Shown here in pieces: positions 54,346 through 64,000 of a stretch of DNA of 64,000 nt; the first letter of the stretch is position 1; every line of letters begins with the position of its first letter. Below the pieces are notes generated by a model. It saw nothing but the letters and a program-made list of their open reading frames with translations. It was not told the DNA's origin and did no database searches. The stretch comes from Octopus vulgaris. Taxonomy: Eukaryota. The translations under genes and the position numbers were made by a program. The stretch covers positions 123,504,001 through 123,568,000 of the forward strand of contig OX597817.1 in NCBI GenBank assembly GCA_951406725.2, given 5' to 3'.

Positions 54346-54783
54346 TTCTTCAATTTTGAATGTTTATACTGATTTTTGTGTAAATATATCAGCATCGGTA
54401 TATTTTGAAGGGTGTTCACATTCATATATGTGGGTAGCTTGAAATATATTTATACATGTGCATGTTAACATGCCTCTGTTTGTGCGTGTGAGTCATTAAA
54501 TTTTCAGGAAGTCTATTCAGCGATTTGAGCTTTTAACAAAAATGTTATTTTTCCTCTTTTTAAATGTGAACTAACACATACACACATACACATACACACA
54601 TATGCACATACACACATGTACATACACTCATGCACATACACTCATGCACATATACACACATACATACACACATGTACATACAGAAGCAGAGATGCACATA
54701 GAAATGTGTGATATGGTGTTGCATTTACAATTATTCCACTTAATATTATCACTGAATCTATACATACACATACACACAGAAAC

Positions 54784-54814
<31 letters not shown>

Positions 54815-54934
54815 TGTATGTATGTATGTATGTATGTATGTATGCCTGTATGTATGTATGTATCTCTTTATCTATATATCTATCTATATCTATATATATA
54901 TATATTTATATGGATCTACCTTTTCATATTTTTT

Positions 54935-55300
54935 CTTGTTTCATCTATGGACTACAGCCATACTGGAGCACAACTTTCGACCCCGGAACTTATATTTCAT
55001 AAGCCCAATATTCATTCTAACAGTCTAGTTTGCCAAACTGCTAAGTTATGGGGATGTAAACAAACCAACACCAGTTTTCAAGCAGTGTTGGGGCACAAAC
55101 TCATACACAGAGACACACAGACATAGATATATACATATATACAATTGGCCTCTTTTAGTTTTCGTCAAGCAAATCCAATCACAAGGCTACCAGTGCTATA
55201 GTAGAAACCCAGTGCTATAGTAGAAAACACTCACCCTACATACTACACACTACACAGTGGGACTGAACCCGATTTACTGCAAAGTTATGCCTGCACCTAC
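54935..55300 (-). mobile_element. SINE family A (diverged)
   Basis: cagccatactggagcac..gctaagttatgggga..acagtgggactgaaccc. Confidence 0.75.
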
Positions 55301-55874
55301 ATAAATATATTTATGTTCATATATATATATATATAGTAGAAATATGTTACGAAAAGAAAATATAAAATATAAAATAGACGTGGAAATGTAAGGGTAAAAT
55401 ATGAAAAATCAACGAAAATGCATATTGCAAATAGAAAAAGGCTATTTATGACAGGTAGTGACAAATATATACATTTAGATTGACTGAGGTAGTAATACGA
55501 GTCATAAAGGTCATTAATATGTGATGATTATAAGATGATAATAAAGTAAGAGAACAAAATGAACCAATGGTTTACGCAAAGGCTGTTCATCGTTTGAACA
55601 ACACCGGTTAATATATAATAATTAAGGTGGCTAAATAATTTTAAATCAAAAAGGGAATAATTCACCATCAATAAAAGTGACCAAGGGTGCAGTAAGCATT
55701 GCCATTGCTAAAAATAAGTCATAGACTCTTTAGCCATATAGAGTACATGCTCTATTTGAACTGACATACATACATATATACAATCTTACATACATGCATA
55801 CATGCATACATACATACATACATACATACATACATACATACATACATACAGTTTTCCAATTTCCTGTTTATTGT

Positions 55875-56021
55875 GATAAGAAGCTTGTTTCCCAACCACA
55901 TTGTTCCAGGTCCAGTCCCACTGCATTGCACCTTGGGCAAGTGTCCCATACTATAAGCTCAGGTTGACCAAAGCCTTGTGAGTGGATTTAGTAGACAGAA
56001 ACTGAAAATATCCCATTGTAT

Positions 56022-56097
<76 letters not shown>

Positions 56098-56935
56098 TCT
56101 CTTTTACTTGTTTCAGTCATTTGACTGCGGCCATGCTCGAGCAAATCGACCCCGGGACTTATTCTTTGTAAGCCCAGTACTTATTCTATCGGTCTCTTTT
56201 GCCGAACCGCTAAGTGACTGGGACGTAAACACACCAGCATTGGTTGTCAAGCAATGCTAAGGGGACAAACACAAACACACACACACACACACACATATAT
56301 ACATATATACGACAGACTTCTTTCAGTTTCCGTCTACCAAATCCACTCACAAGGCATTGGTCGGCCCGGGGCTATAGCAGAAGACACTTGCTCAAGATGC
56401 CCCACAGTGGGACTGAACCCGGAACCATGTGGTTGGTTAGCAAGCTACTTACCACACTGCTACTCCTGCACCTATATATATATATATATATATATAATTA
56501 TGTTATATTCCATTAGGAATGTGTTAGAGTATAGTATAGAGCTCATCCACCCTGTAATTACTAAGTGGTGGTATCGGTAGTATTGGTAGTATTATTATAT
56601 ACTTCCAAGTTTAAATCTGGTTATTCATCATGTGTTAATATCAAATGTTCAACCATATTCCTTCTTCTTGACTCCAATTTCTTTAATTTCATATATACAT
56701 ATGTATGTATATGTGTATGTATGTATGTATGTATATATTTATGTGTTATGTATGTATGTTTGTCCCCATGCCATCGCTTGACAACCGATGCTGGTGTGTT
56801 TATGTCGCCATGACATAGCAACCAACAGAATAAGTACTAGGCTTGCAAAAACGTAAGTCTTGGGCTCTCTTTCTTTGACTAAAACCCTTTAAGGTGATGC
56901 TCCAATGAAATGACTGAAACAAGTAAAAGAATGAA
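55875..56935 (+). mobile_element. SINE family A in plus orientation, in two pieces (55875-56010 and 56757-56935)
   Basis: The 5' piece (agcttgtttcccaaccacattgttccaggtccagtcccactgc) and the 3' piece (tttgtcccc..cgcttgacaaccgatgctggtgtgtttatgtc..tgactgaaacaagtaaaag) flank an opposite-strand copy. Confidence 0.7.
56097..56473 (-). mobile_element. SINE family A, near full length
   Basis: Near-identical to 36463-36886. Confidence 0.9.
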
Positions 56936-57169
56936 GGCATAAAAACTATTCATTCATATATACATTTATTCATTTACATGTATGTGTGGTTTTTCTTTTT
57001 TTTTTTGTTGAACACACACACAAATACATACCTCATCTTTAGTCCTTCAGATATGTAAAACACGTTTCCAAAGAAGATTGTAAAAGAATGACACAGCTTT
57101 GTATATGCACGTAAGCATAAATGCTTATTCATGTACATATACCAGCTTCAAAATCGACAAAATATATTT

Positions 57170-57386
57170 AATACATACATACATACATACATACATACAT
57201 ACATACATACATACATTTACATACATACATACATACAGACAGACAGACAGACAGACAAACAGTTATATAGATATTGATATAAAGATAGATAGATAGACAA
57301 ACAAACAAACAGACAAACAGACAGACAGACAGACTGACAGACAGACAGACAGACAGGCAGACAGACAGGCAGGCAGACCGACAGAC

Positions 57387-57466
<80 letters not shown>

Positions 57467-57630
57467 GGGTAAATAAATAGATAAGTATATAGGCAGATAA
57501 AGAGATAAATAAATATATAGATACATACATACATAGTTAGATAGATAGATAAATAGATAGATAGACAGATAGATAAATAGATAGATAGATAGATAAATAG
57601 GTAGATAGATAGATAGATAGATAGATAACA
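57170..57630. repeat. (CATA)/(GACA)/(GATA) compound microsatellite
   Basis: Directly visible. Confidence 0.95.
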
Positions 57631-58307
57631 AGATAGATATCATTGGTATTTTATCATATATAATGACATTAACAGTTATATATATATGAAGGTAGGTGTG
57701 TATGCTTGTTTGTTTGTATGTATCTGTCAATATATATATATATATATGCATATATATATATATATATATATATATTCATACATTCAGTTTAGCCTATGTG
57801 AATAGGCCTCAATGAAGTCTCAATAGGAATTCATGTTCCTTTATACTACATATAATAAAAGCAATAAGAAGAGCGAAGATGAAGTGTGTGTGTATATGTA
57901 TGTACATGAACACATGTATTTCTGTTTGCGTGGGTACATATTTGTGTGTGTGTGTGTGTGTGTGTGTTCATGTCTGTGTGTTTGATTGTCTGTTCACACA
58001 TAAAATTTTACCTATCCCGAGTTTAAAAATAAATTTTAAAATATAATTTTGATTTAGTGTGTCAATAGTTTATTATCTGAAAGGCTTCAGAAAAAGGAAA
58101 TTTTTTTGCAAAAATGGAAAATATATTTGCTTTAAAGAGGGAAAGAGATGATGCAGAGACAAAGAAAAGGGCAAAGTCATTTGGAGAGTGATTTATGATA
58201 AAGTGTGAAAATGGTAGGCTATGCGAGCATGAAAGTAACTTCTTAGGTATCCCCAGTTCAGAATGTCAAAAAGTTGACATGTTAATAATATTTATAGAAA
58301 TAAAAAT

Positions 58308-58372
<65 letters not shown>

Positions 58373-58374
58373 TA

Positions 58375-58405
<31 letters not shown>

Positions 58406-58469
58406 ACATATATGTGTATGTACATATACATATATGTACATACATATATATATATATATATGTACATGC

Positions 58470-58518
<49 letters not shown>

Positions 58519-58555
58519 CATACAAACATACATACATGTATATATACATACATAC

Positions 58556-58607
<52 letters not shown>

Positions 58608-58724
58608 TATATATATGTATGTATGTATATATACATACATACATAAAGACTTACATCTATATAAATGTATGTATATATATATATACATACATTTATATAT
58701 AAACATATATACATATACACACAT

Positions 58725-58766
<42 letters not shown>

Positions 58767-58825
58767 CGATATGTATGCATATGTGTATGTATGTGTCTAT
58801 GGATGTATGTTTCTGTGTATGTATA
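58308..58825. repeat. (TA)/(TG)/(CATA) microsatellite field
   Basis: Directly visible. Confidence 0.95.
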
Positions 58826-59048
58826 CAAACACACTAGTAAATTCAAAGTGTAAGTATTTACTCATGCACCAAAACATGCTTACACACTCACATGCATATG
58901 TGTGTGTTTGGTAGGGAGATATGTGTATAAATCTCTGTGTTATCAATTTTCTATTAACTTAGAATTTATTGCTACAGGAAATTTCAAAGACCCCCATTTG
59001 TGAAAGACCACAATAATGGCGATGAATGGTTGTTGTTGTGGTGTTGTA

Positions 59049-59111
<63 letters not shown>

Positions 59112-59200
59112 AAGAAGAAGAAGAAGAAGAAGAAGAAGAAGAAGAAGAAGAAGAAGAAGAAGAAGAAGGAGAAGAAGAAGAAGAAGAAGAAGAAGAAGAA
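59049..59200. repeat. (TAA)n-(GAA)n microsatellite
   Basis: Directly visible. Confidence 0.97.
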
Positions 59201-60009
59201 TATTATTTTGTATCTAATTGATCTCCATTCGTTGGATCAGGTTTAATTGTGTGTCACAATATATTCTTAAGACTAACTGCAGAAATATATTTCAAATTAA
59301 AAACTCTTTTCTTTTGCTTAATGTAATATTTTTTGTTTATTTATTAATCCTAATTTTTTTGTTTTTTTTATATATTTGTTTTGGACAGTTTTGGTTTTAC
59401 TCTTTGAATTCTGTGACATTTTAGTGTAAAGTGTATAGGATATTGATGAAAGCATTGTCAGTCTTGTTACATTACTTATACAGCTGCTGCTACTACTATT
59501 ACCAGAATTTTTTTGTTTTGTACTTTTTAAAATTTTTTTTAAAATATTTTATTCCAAATTATATCCCAGCTTTTAACAGTAATCTGGTAAATTACCAAAC
59601 GTTAAAATTCTTTTTTCTTCTCCAGGAAAAAAAAAATACCTTTCAACAAATTTGACAACTCTTGGTAGCATTTGGTGGGATGGAAGGATGATGTAGCTTT
59701 CTATCTATCTATTTCTTTTTTGCCTTTTTATTTTTCTTCCAGGTTGTATTTTCTTTGAATTTTTGCCATTAAGCTGAAGTTAAATTGGTTTCTTCAACAC
59801 TGAAAACTTAAAATAGATAGTCAGAAATCCTAAAACTATTTCTATAAGTTATGCGAGAAGTAAGAACATTGATGTTTTTTCTTTGTTTGTTCTTGTTTTT
59901 ACAGTTGTAGATTGTTGTAAATCCAAGATGTAAACTTCCAAAAAGCAAAAGAAACTTAATCTTTGAAAGGGTTTCAGTTCCTGACTGAATCAGTTCATTT
60001 ACTGTTAAG

Positions 60010-60192
60010 GTGGCATGTAAAAAGCACCCACTACACTCGTGGAGTGGTTGGCATTAGGAAGGGCATCCAGCTGTAGAAATACTGCCAGATCAGACTGGAG
60101 CCTGGAGCAGCCCCTGGCTCCCCAGACCCCGGTTGAACCGTCCAACCCATGCTAGCGCGTTAAATGATGATGATGATGATGATGATGATGAT
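60010..60192 (+). mobile_element. RTE 3'-tail fragment or RTE-partner SINE ending in (GAT)n
   Basis: ggagtggttggcattaggaagggcatccagctgtagaaa..ccgtccaacccatgc is the reverse complement of the RTE 3' UTR at 46980-47140. Confidence 0.85.
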
Positions 60193-60204
60193 ATTGATAT
60201 GATT

Positions 60205-60402
60205 GCAAGCTGGCAGATTTGTTAGCATACTGGGCTAAATGAATAATGGTATTTCATCTGTCTTTACATTCGAGTTCTTCCAAGGTTATTTTTGCTTTTC
60301 AGTCTTTCAGAATCAATAAAATAAATACCAGATGAAAACTGGGGTCATTGTAATCGACTATACCCCTCCCCAAAATTTCTGACCTTGTGCCTATTGTAGA
60401 AA
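60205..60402 (+). mobile_element. SINE family B (diverged)
   Basis: gcaagctggcaga..gttagca..ctggggtc..tgtaatcgact. Confidence 0.7.
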
Positions 60403-61384
60403 GTATATTGATATGATTATAAAATCTTTCAGTTTCACACTTCAAAAGCTTTGAGGCCTCATATCTAAATCAATACAGTTCTAATTGTTTAAACATAATT
60501 TGTCTATAGATAGAGATGTTGTAGATGAAAGGCAGTGTAAAAGCATATCAGTCTTCTCAGACCTGTGTCTAACTTTACCTTCCACTGGGCTCCCAAGCAA
60601 AAAATAAATAGTCACATATACAGCACAAGTGTAACGATTACAGGCAAAGTAATGGACAGAATCAGCCACATCTTTCTCTGCATTTGTTGTTCATTATCTC
60701 TTTACTGCAAATGCATCAGAGAAGATGTTTAAGCAATTCCTGCTATAACTGAAATATTGTGTGGCATGGTTATGTGCTAACCCATTATTTTTTACCTTTA
60801 CAGGTATGGGAGATAACTTCAGAGAAGTTTTATTCATATTGGAACTCTTCAGAGAAAATGAAAGCACTCACTATTAGTTTGTTGAAACAATAATGGTTAA
60901 GAAAAGGTAAACAAACCCTAGAGACATACATGTTTGACAGTTTAAATTATTGCATATCATACTACCTTCCAAACAGCCAGTCTTTTGTTTGCTTTACTCC
61001 ACCTGGTCCAATAATTGATGCAAAAGTTTACTATCGAATGGTCCAGTCAAGGTAGCAGTAAATAAATACCATTTTAATTATATGCTAAAACTATAAACAT
61101 CAGTAGCACTGTAGAGTTAACTCGTTCTATTAGTATCCACTTGTGATGATACAAATATTTGATAGTATTTATTTTATGTGTACTCATATTGTTAACTATT
61201 CCTGCACCTGTCTTTCTAATTGACAATAATTGTACTATTCTTCCATACCTCTTGTAACTCTAGAATTTACTTTGGCTAAACCATTTGGCATTTCGACCTT
61301 CTCTTTTTTCTGTATGCTGAGCATGCACGTTTCCTTGATAGTAAAGAGATCATGTTTTTATTTTTATTTAAGAAAAATTTAAAA

Positions 61385-62010
61385 TTTGCTATGTATATTT
61401 TGTGGCTTTCCATTTGAGATTTAATTTCCATTTCTGCAATTTATTCTCCAAATCTTCTACAGATTCTACTTTAAAAACTAGATCACCACTATACAACAGT
61501 TTCTTTGGATACCCAATGTTAAATGCCTCTGTAATGGTTTGGAACACTTTAATAAATTGGATGGAACTGAGAATGGAAACCTGATGTACCCATACTTGCA
61601 TGCTAAATTCCATGCTGAAATTCTTGTTATATTTCACCTCAGTGATGGCAGTTCTCTACATGGATGCATGGATTTCATAATCCATTCATCTAGCTTTAGT
61701 TATTTTAGCAATACCCAGACCATTAAACATGAAACCCTATCAAAGATTATCTCTAGTTCCAGAAAAGATAGGTAGCAAAGATTATCCTAGCTATACCTAT
61801 TTCTGTAGTTGTATCATTAGGAAGGTGATGTTCATGTTGCCATGTCCAGAATTAAACACAAACTGCTTCTCACCTATGTTATTTTGGTTATATATATGGA
61901 CTGGTTCAACTTTCGCAGGAGTCCCTGACATTTCAACATCTCTTCAGCTGAACTCTAGGCCCTTCGATGTCTCTGACATTACCAAGAATTCATCATTAAA
62001 CTGGCTTATA
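61385..62010 (-). pseudogene. Old RTE RT fragment
   Basis: EFSMQVWVHQVSILSSIQF..LLYSGDLVFKVESVEDLENKLQKWK, i.e. degenerate GVHQGS / LYADD motifs. Confidence 0.7.
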
Positions 62011-62701
62011 AGGGTGGAGCTGTAGTGGTATGGTATGCAGACCTTTACAAGGTTGAAGCTCTCCACCAACTTCAAGACATCTTTTTTGTTGCCCTCTGCC
62101 ATCCAACCCCACACCTAACTGCCAACAGACTTTATCTTCCACCATTCACGACTTCATTTCCTCCTCCTGTCTTCCTCCCACTGCCTCTGACCTTATTGTC
62201 TGTACCCCAATATCCTTCCCTGTACATTGGTCAAATGGGATCTGAGACATCAGACTTGGCAATAACACCCTGGTGTCATGCTACTTCCTCTTCACCAGTC
62301 ATTCACTACAGCATCTATCTGTGTTTGGATTGTCTTTTCACAGAGTTCACCTGGACTCCCACCTTCACCATGAACAGAAATTAATCTTCTCCCTTCATTC
62401 CTTTGCTTTTTATGGTCTCAATTCACTACTTCTCTTTATCTAACACCAACTCCACACAGATTCCCATACACCTCCCACATTCAACTGCCCCTCCTCTCCA
62501 CCCTAACTCACTGCCTAACTCAGCAACCACATCACACACATACCACTATACAAACACCCATACACACTGTTCAATTCAGTACTCACATCCCACACCACTA
62601 CACCCACACACACCTTCCCACTCCAAACACATGCCACACACCATTATATGCACTCCCACTCCCATACACATGTATAAAATATATACATATATGTATATAT
62701 A

Positions 62702-63320
62702 CAGGGTGTATAAGATATTTGAGGACAGATTTATGTTTATAAAAAAAAGACAGATATGTAATAACAAATAATAACTTTATTTATCAAAATATGCTATGAG
62801 GATAAAAATAAACCTCCTTTTCTATAAATGTTATTCAATAAAGCCACCTTCTGCTTCAACAACTGCTTCTATATGAAATCTACATCATCTATATACTTGA
62901 ATCCAGTGGTCCTGGTTCATTTTGGACATTACTCTGACTATGGCAGCCTTCAAAGAATATTTGGTGCTATGGGCATGTTCATTGATCTCTCTCTTAACAA
63001 TGCTTCACATGTAATAGTCCAATAGATTGAGATCTGGTAAATTAGGAAGCCAAACGATAGGGGTTATGTGATAATGAGAATTTTCAGCCATCCAATCCTG
63101 TGTTACTAGAGCGATCTGTGATAGTGCAGAGTCTTACTGAAACACATATGGCTTCCCATTGCATACACTGTGTATCCAGAGTTTAATAGTTATTTCCAAG
63201 ACCTCAATGTAGGTCGCAGATTTAACTCTAAGGCATTGTAGAAAGACGTAAGGATGCACCACATGTCCTTCATTGCTGACAAACTCTAAAACCATGACAA
63301 TTGCAGGAAATTTTGTATAT
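62702..63320 (-). pseudogene. Tc1/mariner-superfamily (DD37D/maT-like) transposase 3' remnant with one terminus
   Basis: FPAIVMVL..VSNEGHV..YIEVLE..PYVFQ*DSALSH..WLPNLPDLNLLDYYM. Terminus TA|cagggtg at 62702. Confidence 0.75.
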
Positions 63321-63329
63321 ATATCTCGT

Positions 63330-63652
63330 GCTGGTGGCACATAAAAAGCACCATCCGTTCGTGGCCATTGCCAGCCTCGCCTGGCCCCTGTGCCAGTGGC
63401 ACGTAAAAAACACCATCTGATCATGGCCGTTTGCCAGCCACGCCTGGCACCTGTGCCGGTGGCACGTAAAAAGCACCCACTACACTCACGGAGTGGTTGG
63501 CATTAGGAAGGGCATCCAGCCGTAGAAACATTGCCAGATCAGACTGGGCCTGGTGCAGCCTACTGGCTTCCAAGACCCCAGTTGAACCGTCCAACCCATG
63601 CTAGCATGGAAAGTGGACGCTTAACGATGATGATGATGATGATGATGATGAT
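63330..63652 (+). mobile_element. RTE 3'-tail fragment or partner SINE with internal ~65-bp repeats and a (GAT)n tail
   Basis: gtggcac.taaaaa.cacc occurs three times, followed by the same tail as 60010-60192. Confidence 0.88.
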
Positions 63653-63664
63653 ATACACACAGAC

Positions 63665-63855
63665 ACAACACTGCTTCACAGCCAGTACTGGTGTGTTTAT
63701 GTCCCTGTAACTCAGCAGTTCAGCAAAAGACACTGATAGAATAGACACCAGGCTTTTAAGTACAAATAAATACTGGGCTCGATGCATTCAACTCATAATT
63801 ATTCAAGGTGGTGCCCCAGCATGGCCACAGTTTAATGACTTAAACAAGTAAAGGC
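63665..63855 (+). mobile_element. SINE family A, 3' half (diverged)
   Basis: ctggtgtgtttatgtccctgtaactcagcagttcagcaaaaga..ccagcatggccacagt..aaacaagtaaaag. Confidence 0.75.
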
Positions 63856-64000
63856 TAAGATATATGCATATACATATGTATATGTTTTGTAACGTTTATC
63901 ATCATCATTTAATGAAAGCAGGCATTAAATGATAACAGTACTGACAACGATGACAACAGAGATGATGATGATGATGATGATGATGACAGTTTACATTACA

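Noticed and set aside
58195-58914. Longest ORF (239 aa) and the many YI/CV/HT/LSIY ORFs
   Set aside because: These are translations of di- and tetranucleotide microsatellites that lack stops by composition.
60613-60700. Minus-strand MWLILSITLPVIVTLVLYM* resembling a C-terminal transmembrane exon
   Set aside because: An in-frame stop lies directly after the nearest AG acceptor. Too short to support.

Overview
AT-rich, microsatellite-saturated eukaryotic DNA. The SINE/RTE/microsatellite landscape looks like a coleoid cephalopod such as Octopus (inference). No intact host protein-coding gene is supportable, and nearly all listed ORFs are microsatellite or transposon artefacts. The window holds several tRNA-derived SINE families and decayed R4/Dong and RTE LINE fragments. 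It also has mariner, Tc1-like and MULE transposase remnants, MITEs, a non-autonomous Helitron and a Penelope-like GIY-YIG endonuclease remnant. The stand-out feature is a recent-looking head-to-tail array of 361/362-bp units (42475-43390, about 2.5 copies). Each complete unit carries a minimal type I hammerhead ribozyme with a non-canonical U3:A8 core, set inside a long rod-like hairpin. This is a candidate retrozyme (viroid-like circular RNA). It has an inverted 5' junction and a duplicated flank of about 120-145 bp. About ten further hammerhead or hammerhead-like motifs from several families are scattered through the window. All coordinates and structures were read by eye, and nothing was folded or searched computationally.
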